A DNA stretch of 64,000 nucleotides from an uncultured virus (IMG/VR IMGVR_UViG_3300034072_000228) (Duplodnaviria; Heunggongvirae; Uroviricota; Caudoviricetes), in IMG/VR virus record IMGVR_UViG_3300034072_000228; one strand, 5' to 3'. How positions within the stretch are numbered: the first letter of the stretch is position 1; every line of letters starts with the position of its first letter. The notes below the pieces were generated by a model. The model saw only the letters and a program-made list of their open reading frames with translations, did no database searches and was not told the origin of the DNA. Below, in pieces: positions 17,507-25,488 of this stretch. The position numbers and the translations under genes were made by a program.

Positions 17507-18302
17507 GTTTCTTCCAGTAAAGAACTTGTTTCTTCAGCTCGGCACACTCCCGCTGCCACTTGTCTCGGGCCTCGGTAAGGTTGTCGATCGTGGACTGCAT
17601 CTCTTTCATAACCTGGTAGTGCTCGGTATCCCTGAGTGCTGTAAGGATGGACACTTCCTTGGCCAGCTCTTGGTAGTTATCAAGGATCTCTTGGTACTGC
17701 TCGTTTAGTTCGTCATAAGCCACGCGCAGGGCTTCGTGTTTGTCTTGTGACACAGCTGACTTCAGGACCGGTTTAACGGGCGCTGGCGGCACGTTCTCTG
17801 GTTCCTCCTTGTCTACTGCCTTGATAGCCTCACGAAGGCTCATAGCCCCTTTCTTGACCTTCTCTATCACTTCCTTGTCGCCGGACTGCACAACCTTCTT
17901 GGCCCGCTCTACCGACCGCTCACCCACCCCGGCACGCTTAGCCATCTCTTTGGAAGTAATTCCGCCCATGGGCGGAATTTGATACTTTCGTAGGGGGGTA
18001 CCCACACCTGTCCATGTACTGCAAGTGACCACGGCCATGGCTTTTTGTGCTGGCGATAAGTGTCTTCGGTGCAGGTTCAGGTCCATGACATAGGACACAG
18101 GGTCTTGGCCATCAAACTCATGGAAGGATGGATTGATGTCTAGTTGTAAGCAAGCTTTGAATCGATGCCAGCCGTCCAAAATCTTGTTCTCGTACGTCGT
18201 TATAGGTTCACGCTGCCCATGGGCTTTGATGGATTCCAATAGGTCTTGGAAGTCCTCATCGGGCATGTCAGGGAATGCTGCTGATAACTGGTGTCTTTCC
18301 AT
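17484..18302 (-). CDS. parB: ParB-like protein (ParB N-domain, helix-turn-helix, coiled coil)
   Basis: L.ESIK.HGQ.EPI..ILDGWHR..AC..NL.RRHLS..Q; HTH KEMAKRAGVGERSVERAK. Confidence 0.85.
   Translation of the reverse strand: MERHQLSAAFPDMPDEDFQDLLESIKAHGQREPITTYENKILDGWHRFKACLQLDINPSFHEFDGQDPVSYVMDLNLHRRHLSPAQKAMAVVTCSTWTGVGTPLRKYQIPPMGGITSKEMAKRAGVGERSVERAKKVVQSGDKEVIEKVKKGAMSLREAIKAVDKEEPENVPPAPVKPVLKSAVSQDKHEALRVAYDELNEQYQEILDNYQELAKEVSILTALRDTEHYQVMKEMQSTIDNLTEARDKWQRECAELKKQVLYWKKHADRKSA
17956..17998 (+). repeat. Dispersed 43-bp element, copy 2
   Basis: GT-AATTCCGCCCATGGGCGGAATT-TGATACTTTCGTAGGGGGG inside the parB-like gene. Confidence 0.9.
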
Positions 18303-18322
18303 ATTTCTCTCTTAGTTGTTAA

Positions 18323-19296
18323 CGATCGATTACTTTGGTGCTCTTTGCTACTTTGACTCACTCTCATGCCATGGCTCTCTTCTTACTGGTGGTTCGTTCG
18401 GGTGAAATGGCTCTCTCGTGCCTAATGACTCACTCACTTGGGTTGGTGCTATCGGGGTACATGGTTCGTTCCGCTTCTTTGGTGCTCTCTTGCGTTTTTG
18501 ACTCACTCTGAAATCATGGTGCTCTCGCGATCTCTGGTTCGTTCTCTACTCGTGGTTCACTTTGGTCTTATGACTCACTCTCTTTCGGTGGATCTCTCAC
18601 AAACTGTGGTTCGTTCTGGCAGATTGGTTCCCTCTCTTTTTCTGACTCGCTCGGCCGAATTGGTGCTCTTGGCCAACTTGGCTCACTTCCCTTCCTTGGT
18701 CCTCTCGGGGTTAGTGGTTCGTTCCGTTTTTTTGGTGCTCTCGTTGCCGCTGACTCACTTGCCTTTATTGGTTCTCTCGCGGGGAATGGTTCGTTCTCGA
18801 CCTTTGGTCCTCTCTTTCTGAATGACTCGTTCTCGTGATTTGGTTCTCTTGATCGACATGACTCACTCTATCAACAGTAAAACTTTTAGTGGTCTTGGTT
18901 CGTTAAATAGTTATGGTGCTCTCACATCCAATGACTCACTCACTAACTTTGGTTCTCTTCCCGTTGTTGGTTCGTTCGTTGAAGTTGGTTCTCTCGACAT
19001 GCTTGACTCGTTCCACGACGATGGTGCGCTTAGCTCATGTGACTCGTTTGCCTGGGATGGTTCTCTCCTGTGTGCTGACTCGTTCGATTTCCTCGGTTCT
19101 CTCGATGCTCGTGACTCGTTCGAGCGAATTGGTTCTCTCGATCTTTTTGACTCGTTCATCTCATTAGGTGCTCTTCACAAAAATGACTCGTTCGAAATCA
19201 TTGGTTCTCTCAAGCGCCTTGACTCGTTCCTTCTGTATGGTTCTCTCAGCTACGGTGACTCACTCAGTCCATTTGGTTCTCTCCAAGTTCGCGGTT
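18323..19296 (-). ncRNA. TIGR-like (tandem interspaced guide RNA) array of 27 units of 36 nt
   Basis: 18-nt periodicity of two alternating ~10-nt repeats (sense GAGAG(A/C)ACCA and GAACGAGTCA/GAGTGAGTCA/GAACGAACCA) separated by variable 8-9-nt spacers; 974 bp = 27x36+2; begins at the stop codon of a Nop-domain gene. Confidence 0.9.
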
Positions 19297-20089
19297 AAAC
19301 AGGTGATGGTATGAAATGAGCATGGCCCAAGTGTGCAATCGGGTAAGGCAATGGCGGCTTCGTACCAAAGTGAGCTTCATACCAAGCGCCATGGAGATGG
19401 CTAAGGAAGAGCTTCACCGCATACCTTCTTGCTCGTGCATCAATCTGACCTGGTGGCAAGACACCATTGGATAGGTGCTTGTAAGCCTCAGTCGTCTTGG
19501 CTACTTTCTCTTTGAGTGTGGCTGCCAGCTCCTTGTTATCGCCACGCTCATTACGTTCAATCTCAAAGTTCTTACGCCCCCGGTATACATGACCATAGTA
19601 GCAGTCATCACGGCCAGAGAATTTCATAAAGGATTGACCAGCCTTCCAGCAAAGCGTCTTCAGCCCTGCATTCCATGGGCGCTTCTGTCCCTTCTCCCAT
19701 TTGCTTGTGGGATCTAATCCAGCATAGCGCCAAATATGTCCAACAGTAGGAGCCTTCTCAATATCAATGTGCGCTAACAGCCCCGCGGAAATGACCGGGC
19801 CGATGCCGACAATCTCACGCATCCATGCGCCCATCATGTGGTTCTGTGTGTAAACATCTAACGCCTTCTTGATCTGCCCTTCCAGCCCTTCTGATTGGGC
19901 CGCCAGCCAGCCGATCACAGCGTTAGGCTCATGCGATTCGTCCAGCGCCCGGACTTGGTTCGTGGAACGCTTACGGTCTTCTTGGGCGATGTAGTAGTAA
20001 TCGACCAGAAATCTTGCCTCGTCATCAGACAGGTTCGTGGCTGCGACTTTAAGGTCCTTGGTCAGTTTCATGATTGGTTCTAGGTTCAT
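19295..20089 (-). CDS. tasA: TasA-like Nop-domain RNA-binding protein (IS110 C-terminal-like, no RuvC or HNH domain)
   Basis: N-terminal coiled coil, IVGIGPVISAGLLAHI..HIWRYAGLDP, PWN..LKT, ARRYAVKLFL; no DEDD domain; abuts the dual-repeat array. Confidence 0.85.
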   Translation of the reverse strand: MNLEPIMKLTKDLKVAATNLSDDEARFLVDYYYIAQEDRKRSTNQVRALDESHEPNAVIGWLAAQSEGLEGQIKKALDVYTQNHMMGAWMREIVGIGPVISAGLLAHIDIEKAPTVGHIWRYAGLDPTSKWEKGQKRPWNAGLKTLCWKAGQSFMKFSGRDDCYYGHVYRGRKNFEIERNERGDNKELAATLKEKVAKTTEAYKHLSNGVLPPGQIDARARRYAVKLFLSHLHGAWYEAHFGTKPPLPYPIAHLGHAHFIPSPV

Positions 20090-20325
20090 AGTGTTCTCGC
20101 TAGGTTGAATGGATCGTGCCAACTAAATTCTTTATAGGTGTAAAGCAACTGGTTAAATCTCATGGGATGCTTGGTTGCTACAACACATCCCAGCCCTACT
20201 AAAACTCTCATACGCTCTGCCGCTGTGGTTCTGCTCACGCCAAAGTGTTTTGCTACTTGCTCCGATGTAAAAGGTTCTTTTTGTTCCTTGGCCCATGCTA
20301 GATATGTCTCATCGATTGGTTTCAC
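20086..20325 (-). CDS. Winged-helix/HTH protein
   Basis: GTG start with GGAG RBS; FTSEQVAKHFGVSRTTAAERMRVL. Confidence 0.65.
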   Translation of the reverse strand: MKPIDETYLAWAKEQKEPFTSEQVAKHFGVSRTTAAERMRVLVGLGCVVATKHPMRFNQLLYTYKEFSWHDPFNLARTL

Positions 20326-20560
20326 TGTCTCCCCTTGCTCGTATGGCTTCAGCGCACATCGCTGCAAGCCCCTTTGTGTAATACTTTTGAAAAACTTCTT
20401 GCCGTTCCTCGCACACCTTCGCACACGCCTCACGCTCATGTGCTGCAACAAGTGCGGCGAAGCGTTCAAACACAGGGGCAAGATCACGCTCAACCCATGT
20501 CATATGGTCAAACATTGCACCAGCCTCTCTCGCCATCTTGATAATGTCGTCTCGGTTCAT
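20309..20560 (-). CDS. Small phage protein, IIKMAREA/HEREACAK paralog 1
   Basis: Shares modules with 20557-20787 and 21258-21464. Confidence 0.75.
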   Translation of the reverse strand: MNRDDIIKMAREAGAMFDHMTWVERDLAPVFERFAALVAAHEREACAKVCEERQEVFQKYYTKGLAAMCAEAIRARGDSETNR

Positions 20561-20787
20561 TGCTCACTCCTTGCTCTGATGGCTTGCGCCTCCATATCAC
20601 GCACTAAGTCCATAAGCTCGTTAGCACCATTTTTTCTTGATTCAATCAGCTTTGCACACGCCTCACGCTCATGTGCTGCGACAAGTGCGGCGAAGCGTTC
20701 AAACGATTCAAGGTTTGCGCCCATGTATGAGACTGGGTTAAAACCAGCCTCTCGCGCCATCTTGATAATGTCGTCTTTATCCAACAT
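20557..20787 (-). CDS. Small phage protein, IIKMAREA/HEREACAK paralog 2
   Basis: GGGGAG RBS before MLDKDDIIKMAREAG. Confidence 0.75.
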   Translation of the reverse strand: MLDKDDIIKMAREAGFNPVSYMGANLESFERFAALVAAHEREACAKLIESRKNGANELMDLVRDMEAQAIRARSEQ

Positions 20788-20980
20788 TCTTCCCCTCCGG
20801 CTCGTGCGTACATGCGTTTTCGTAGTCAATAACGTCCTGCAACCGATAGCGAATCAATCCACCCAACTTCATGTACCGAACCCCTTTTTTGAAAGACCGG
20901 TCACGTTCCAGTGTTGCTTCGCTGATCTTCCATCGGGTAGCAAGCTCCACTTGCGTTATGAATTGGTCCGATGCGGTCAT
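20777..20980 (-). CDS. Excisionase/AlpA-like HTH DNA-binding protein
   Basis: TQVELATRWKISEATLERDR..YMKLGGLIRYRLQDV..YE. Confidence 0.75.
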   Translation of the reverse strand: MTASDQFITQVELATRWKISEATLERDRSFKKGVRYMKLGGLIRYRLQDVIDYENACTHEPEGKNVG

Positions 20981-21261
20981 GTGTTTTTCTCCTTCAGTTT
21001 GGCTTCGATGGCTTTTCCGATGTCTTGAGCGTCGTTTATTGATGCTTCCCCCATTTCATCGCAGTATTTGTTCCAGATGTCGTCAATCTCGTCCTCCGTC
21101 AGCCCAACCCATTCTCGCTTCTCTGCCTCTGCGATGGCTTCACGCAATGCCTTAATTGTTTTATCTACGTCAATGTTTTCTTCAAGCATCCAAAGCTTTT
21201 GATCCAAAGGCTCAAAAGAATCCAGCACCTCCAATGCCTGCCTCATTGCTTCTATACTCAT
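20977..21261 (-). CDS. Modular small phage protein with EWVGLTEDE module
   Basis: MSIEAMRQALE..EWVGLTEDEI..AIEAKLKEKNT. Confidence 0.7.
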   Translation of the reverse strand: MSIEAMRQALEVLDSFEPLDQKLWMLEENIDVDKTIKALREAIAEAEKREWVGLTEDEIDDIWNKYCDEMGEASINDAQDIGKAIEAKLKEKNT

Positions 21262-21464
21262 TGCTCACCCCTTGCTCTGATGGCGACCGCTATTTCGCGG
21301 TAGTCATACGCCCATACCTCACCGTCAAACAACTTCGCACATGCCTCACGTTCATGCTCGGCAACAAGGGCGGCGAAGCGTATTACAGAGCCCAATGGAT
21401 TTTCGTCAGACCCGTAAACTAGTTGAGCCTCTCTCGCCATCTTGATAATGTCTTCTTTGTTCAT
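21258..21464 (-). CDS. Small phage protein, IIKMAREA/HEREACAK paralog 3
   Basis: MNKEDIIKMAREA..FAALVAEHEREACAK..AIRARG. Confidence 0.75.
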   Translation of the reverse strand: MNKEDIIKMAREAQLVYGSDENPLGSVIRFAALVAEHEREACAKLFDGEVWAYDYREIAVAIRARGEQ

Positions 21465-21586
21465 CAGAAAGGTGCCTCTTCAATAGGTTCGGCCGGCACG
21501 GGTTGCTTCTCAAGCACCTCACCGTCTTCACAGTAGTGGTACTTAAATGGCCATTTATCGCCAAGCTGTTTGATGATTTCGTCCAT
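21464..21586 (-). CDS. Small hypothetical protein (40 aa)
   Basis: AAGGAG RBS; MDEIIKQLGDKWPF..EEAPF; TGATG coupling to the next gene. Confidence 0.55.
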   Translation of the reverse strand: MDEIIKQLGDKWPFKYHYCEDGEVLEKQPVPAEPIEEAPF

Positions 21587-21949
21587 GGTTATCTCCTTGT
21601 CGGTAGGAGTATTTAACCACAGTTTTATGCGTTTGTGCATACCGTTCGTCAGGTCGATGAGCGGCGGAATCTAATTTCTAGAACATTTGCGGAATAGCGT
21701 CCCCAGGGGTGAAGCACGGGGTTCACCCTCGCCCGAAGAGGCGCACTTGATGCCTCCTCCAGCGCAGCCGGAGCCAGCGATTCCTTCCATGTGCACGCTG
21801 TCTTCACCACTGTCGCGCACGTGTTACCCAGTCCCTCGCTGAAAGGCTGGACGGCGATATCGGGGGTTAGCGATACACCGGTGTTCTGCTCCACGCAGCC
21901 CATGCAGGCCCTTGCTATCGGATGGAGTCCGGTTATCGCCGCTGAATGC

Positions 21950-22047
21950 AAAAAGGCCGCTTACTGCTGCTCTCGGTAGCAGAACCCGAGTCTTGCAACA
22001 AGGGTCGAGAGCATGAGTAAACGGCCTTCCATAACATTGTCTGCTAC
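21950..22047 (-). ncRNA. C4-antisense-like or attenuator RNA in the leader of the replication operon
   Basis: Long bulged stem AAGGCCG..CGGCCTT with a T-tract; its internal loop TCTGCTAC is complementary to an upstream GTAGCAGA. Confidence 0.5.
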
Positions 22048-22108
22048 GACAACAACTTCATGATAACATAACTTCACAGCTAAGTCCATGGCTGTGTCTC
22101 CTGGTTGT

Positions 22109-22312
22109 TTAGACCTTTCCCCGGCCACCCTCGCCGGGGTTTTTTTTGAGCCACATACTGAATGCTTGTGTATCAGCGAGTAGCTTCATGGACCTGATCT
22201 GCAACTCCAGGGCCGTTCGCTCTGCCACCTCATGCCGGATCTGTAACTTCACTGACTGGGGTATTGATTCGATCATGTCGTTCACGATCGCCTTGCGTAT
22301 ACGTGGATCCAT
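22109..22312 (-). CDS. Hypothetical protein
   Basis: 67-aa ORF with GAGG RBS. Confidence 0.5.
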   Translation of the reverse strand: MDPRIRKAIVNDMIESIPQSVKLQIRHEVAERTALELQIRSMKLLADTQAFSMWLKKNPGEGGRGKV

Positions 22313-22697
22313 GGGTCATCCTCATTGTTGCTATTGCTACCTCAAACGATACCTGCATCCAATCATTCTCATCAAATGGCCCTTGGCCGCCCCACACCAC
22401 CAGAAACACACTGATCGGTAAATACACATCCCAGTACCTCGCATGATTCCTTCGATGGAATAGGATCGGCATCAGCCCATCCTTCCATGCACTGGTAAGA
22501 GCCTGCCGCTGCCATGCACGCCAGTCGGGATTCTCGGCTCGCTTCACTTCCACCGCCCAACCCCATACTTTCATATCATAACCACCCGCCGCGGCTTGGT
22601 CATAATTCAGTTTGACTTGGAAATCCAATGCCTGCGAAATCAGTTTGGCTACTTCCAACTCCCCGCGCCGGCCCTTCTGTCTGCTATTGATTGCCAT
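22230..22697 (-). CDS. PD-(D/E)XK Holliday-junction resolvase-like nuclease
   Basis: NSRQKGRRGELE..YD....AVEVKR..W..QA..P....RRN; AGGAGG RBS. Confidence 0.8.
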   Translation of the reverse strand: MAINSRQKGRRGELEVAKLISQALDFQVKLNYDQAAAGGYDMKVWGWAVEVKRAENPDWRAWQRQALTSAWKDGLMPILFHRRNHARYWDVYLPISVFLVVWGGQGPFDENDWMQVSFEVAIATMRMTHGSTYTQGDRERHDRINTPVSEVTDPA

Positions 22698-22720
22698 TGG
22701 TCGGATACCTCCTATGTATA

Positions 22721-22750
22721 TTGCCATATATTGTGAACATAGGTTACCAT
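22721..22750 (+). promoter_or_regulatory. Possible sigma70 promoter for the recombination block
   Basis: TTGCCA-18 nt-TACCAT in an AT-rich divergent intergenic region. Confidence 0.4.
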
Positions 22751-22769
22751 TCTTTCACTGGAGAACACA

Positions 22770-23357
22770 ATGACTAACCTACCACTCATCCCTGAACAAC
22801 GCATCTTACTGGCGGCCATCAACACCGCCATCTTTGATACCTGTAAGCAGCCCATCCTCGCAGGTGAATTGCTTACTAAGTCCAAGAAGCACAAGGACTA
22901 CAAGCTACATACCGATGCACGTACTGCCTTCCAGTTCATCTTTAGTGATGGGCTGGCGAACTTCTGTAACTGGCTGCCGCTTGATCCTGACTGGTTACGC
23001 AAGAAGCTTCTTGACTACATGTTTTACGACGGGCCTAAGAAGCCAACCGCCAAGGACGTTGTGATTCGTGTGGACGACATGCAGCGCAGGCATTTCCGTA
23101 TCAATTACAAACTGTACAAACTGGAGAAAGAACCATGCTGGACATCACCGGAAGAAGAAAACCAAGAGCTACCCATCAAGCAGGTCATATCGCGCTTAGA
23201 CCAGAAAGGCCGCGTATTGGAAGTCGTTACGTCCGGCCGGCCCCTAAGTGGCAAACAGAAATCCCGCCAGACCAGCTCTGGATCCAGCGCGTTTACCTCA
23301 ATGAGCCCGTCTCAGACTGGACCTGGCACGGACGATGGTCAGGCGCCCTCCGAGTAG
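22770..23357 (+). CDS. Hypothetical protein
   Basis: GGAG RBS; PEQRILLAAI..AI.D; the 3' part overlaps the next ORF. Confidence 0.6.
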   Translation: MTNLPLIPEQRILLAAINTAIFDTCKQPILAGELLTKSKKHKDYKLHTDARTAFQFIFSDGLANFCNWLPLDPDWLRKKLLDYMFYDGPKKPTAKDVVIRVDDMQRRHFRINYKLYKLEKEPCWTSPEEENQELPIKQVISRLDQKGRVLEVVTSGRPLSGKQKSRQTSSGSSAFTSMSPSQTGPGTDDGQAPSE

Positions 23358-23434
23358 TACTGATCATGGCCCTTGTATTTATTTTCTACCACGCCGGCCG
23401 ATGGGTACATGCCGGTATGCCCACGGGATATTGA
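23135..23434 (+). CDS. Hypothetical membrane protein
   Basis: GGAG RBS; C-terminal transmembrane helix. Confidence 0.55.
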   Translation: MLDITGRRKPRATHQAGHIALRPERPRIGSRYVRPAPKWQTEIPPDQLWIQRVYLNEPVSDWTWHGRWSGALRVVLIMALVFIFYHAGRWVHAGMPTGY

Positions 23435-23435
23435 G

Positions 23436-23660
23436 ATGCTGGCATCAGAACTTATTCAAAAGCAGATCGATGCACTCAAGGAAGTGATCACTAAGCTTGA
23501 GCGACTCAAGGAAGACGTGGAACCCATGAAGATTGATGAAGCAGAAGAGCTATGGGATTCGATTGACATGGATACCTTGAAGAATGCTCACAACTTTGGC
23601 GACTTCATGGAGATTGTCAGGCGGGTATCTGCTTACTACAGCATAGGAGTGAAGCGATGA
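23436..23660 (+). CDS. Hypothetical protein
   Basis: Start MLASELIQ directly after the previous stop; ATGA coupled to the next gene. Confidence 0.6.
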   Translation: MLASELIQKQIDALKEVITKLERLKEDVEPMKIDEAEELWDSIDMDTLKNAHNFGDFMEIVRRVSAYYSIGVKR

Positions 23661-23872
23661 GCAAGACCAAGTACGCCTTCCCGCATGAAGTCGGCCACTT
23701 GCATGAGCCAAACACAGCAGGGCTCACAATGCGTGATTATTTCGCCGCGGCCGTGATCACAGGCATCTTTTCAGGCAAGTGGGGGCAGGTCCCATCACAA
23801 AAGCCAGAGGTTGCCTTTGCAGATATTGCTTACCTTGTGGCGGACGAGATGCTTAAACGGAGGGAGCGATGA
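23657..23872 (+). CDS. Conserved small phage protein (AFP..GLTMRDYFAA family)
   Basis: AFP..GLTMRDYFAA..AY.VADEML motif. Confidence 0.75.
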   Translation: MSKTKYAFPHEVGHLHEPNTAGLTMRDYFAAAVITGIFSGKWGQVPSQKPEVAFADIAYLVADEMLKRRER

Positions 23873-24015
23873 ACCATGAGCGATGGTTATACGAAGCCAT
23901 CCTCGCGGCAGAGGACGTTATGTTCTGGATTCACCGTTACCTTGAGGCGCCTAACCCAGAAGTACTACAGCTTTTACAGGCGGCTATGGAAAAGTTTGAA
24001 GAGAGTAAGCCATGA
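23869..24015 (+). CDS. Small hypothetical protein (48 aa, not in the ORF track)
   Basis: MNHERWLYEAIL...; ATGA overlaps at both ends. Confidence 0.55.
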   Translation: MNHERWLYEAILAAEDVMFWIHRYLEAPNPEVLQLLQAAMEKFEESKP

Positions 24016-24881
24016 ACATCACCAATAAATACAACCTGCCCGACGTTCTCATGCGGTTTGCTCGCAATAAGAACTACTCCAAGGGCGATGCCAAGCTATC
24101 TGTCACTGAGCTTATCGACAGCCCACGGGTCGTGGCACTCAAGCACAAGCACTTTGATGAGATGGAACAGGACGTATCCGATACCGTGTTCAGTCTATTC
24201 GGTACGGCTGTCCATCACATCCTTGAGAAGTTCTCAGAACAAGATGTCATCACTGAGCAGCGGTACTTCAAGGAGATTAATGGCTGGAAGATCTCTGGTG
24301 CAATCGACCGCCAGGTTGTCACGCCCCATGGACGGATCATCGAGGACTGGAAAGTTACGAGCAGTTTTGCAGTCATGCAAGGTAAGATTGAATGGGAGCA
24401 CCAGCTTAACTGCTACGCCTATCTTGCCCGTGCCCATGGTCACAATGTCGTCGGTCTAAAGATCAATGCCATCGTTAGGGACTGGGCTCGCAGGAACGTA
24501 GGCCGCCAAGCAGATTACCCAGAAGCACCGATCGTACAGATTGATGTACCCCTGTGGACCTACGAAGAACAGTCGGCTTTTATCAAGAGCCGCATCGCAC
24601 TTCATGCCGCCACAATCATGGACGATCCGCCACTGTGTACACCCGATGAGCGATGGGCTAAGCCTGAAACATGGGCCATCATGAAACCAGGGGCCAAGCG
24701 AGCGCTGAAAGTATTTCTGCTTGAGCAAGAAGCAAAAGATGCAGTAAAGCCAGGACAGGAGATCGTTCACCGCCCCGGCGCTAATACAAGATGTACAAGT
24801 TTTTGTGATGTTAAACAGTACTGTGATTTTGGTAGACAACTAGGAGAAGCAAGTGAAGCAGATAGCATCAGCGCTAGTTAA
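24012..24881 (+). CDS. PD-(D/E)XK RecB/Cas4-like exonuclease
   Basis: GTAVH.ILE, ISG.ID, IEDWKVTS, QLNCY, C-terminal C..FC.V..YC. Confidence 0.85.
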   Translation: MNITNKYNLPDVLMRFARNKNYSKGDAKLSVTELIDSPRVVALKHKHFDEMEQDVSDTVFSLFGTAVHHILEKFSEQDVITEQRYFKEINGWKISGAIDRQVVTPHGRIIEDWKVTSSFAVMQGKIEWEHQLNCYAYLARAHGHNVVGLKINAIVRDWARRNVGRQADYPEAPIVQIDVPLWTYEEQSAFIKSRIALHAATIMDDPPLCTPDERWAKPETWAIMKPGAKRALKVFLLEQEAKDAVKPGQEIVHRPGANTRCTSFCDVKQYCDFGRQLGEASEADSISAS

Positions 24882-25488
24882 AGCGCAAAGGGAATTCGGC
24901 CCTGCGCTGAAGACCAGCACCAATCCTCATTTCAGGTCTAAGTACGCAGACCTTGCAGCGTGTGTTGAAGCAGTCATCGATGCACTGAACAACAACGGCA
25001 TCTTCCTCATGCAGATGACGCATGAAACGCCTGATGGCGCCATGGCAGAGACCGTGTTTGTCCATGAGAGCGGAGAAATGCTTTCAGCCGGTAAGTTATT
25101 TTTCCCGGCCAGCAAGCACGATGCACAGGGCTATGCCAGCTCGCTTTCGTACGTACGTCGATACTCACTCATGGCAGCTTGCGGTATTGCACCGGAAGAT
25201 GATGACGGTAACGCAGCATCTAAGCCAGCACCAAAGCCCCCAAAAGTTGAGGCTAAACCTGAGTCCAAGGTAGAAGCTAAGCCGGTAGAAACGAACGCAG
25301 GTGTAGCTGAGTTCGCCATGAATATGTTTACCGAGTTCTTACCCGAGGCTAAGAGTGAGCAAGAACTTAATGCTTTCTGGAAAGAAAACAAAGACGCAGT
25401 AAACAAAATCAAAGCCCACGATGAATCGCTGTACGTGGAGCTATTAGCCAAGTTCAAAGCACGCAAGGATCAGATCAATGGAAACTAA
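24853..25488 (+). CDS. erf: ERF-family single-strand annealing protein
   Basis: ALVKAQ..NPHFRSKYADL..HESGE..QGYASSLSYVRRYSL..GIAPEDDDGN. Confidence 0.9.
   Translation: MKQIASALVKAQREFGPALKTSTNPHFRSKYADLAACVEAVIDALNNNGIFLMQMTHETPDGAMAETVFVHESGEMLSAGKLFFPASKHDAQGYASSLSYVRRYSLMAACGIAPEDDDGNAASKPAPKPPKVEAKPESKVEAKPVETNAGVAEFAMNMFTEFLPEAKSEQELNAFWKENKDAVNKIKAHDESLYVELLAKFKARKDQINGN

Noticed and set aside
18323..19296. CRISPR array
   Set aside because: The repeats are ~10 nt and of two alternating types with 8-9-nt spacers, far from CRISPR dimensions, and there is no cas operon. The Cas4-like nuclease at 24012 sits with erf and ssb in a recombination module.
18438..19298. ORFs across the array (18438-18821, 18822-19298, 18911-19159, 18913-19167)
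   Set aside because: These are by-products of the 18-nt periodicity, mostly antisense to the operon, and frames break at the +1 shifts
19295..20122. IS110/IS116 transposase (insertion sequence)
   Set aside because: It lacks the N-terminal DEDD RuvC domain, is translationally coupled within a phage operon and is followed by a guide-like array
20777..20980. Evidence for integrative lysogeny from the excisionase-like gene
   Set aside because: No integrase or att site was recognised in the apparently complete genome
20162..21028. 288-aa plus-strand ORF
   Set aside because: Antisense shadow of well-formed, coupled minus-strand genes
20309..21464. Diversity-generating retroelement template/variable repeats
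   Set aside because: No reverse transcriptase was recognised, and the differences between paralogs are block-wise rather than adenine-specific
21649..21979. ORFs 21649-21951 and 21791-21979
   Set aside because: No RBS or recognisable motifs, and they overlap the structured leader; cannot be supported as genes
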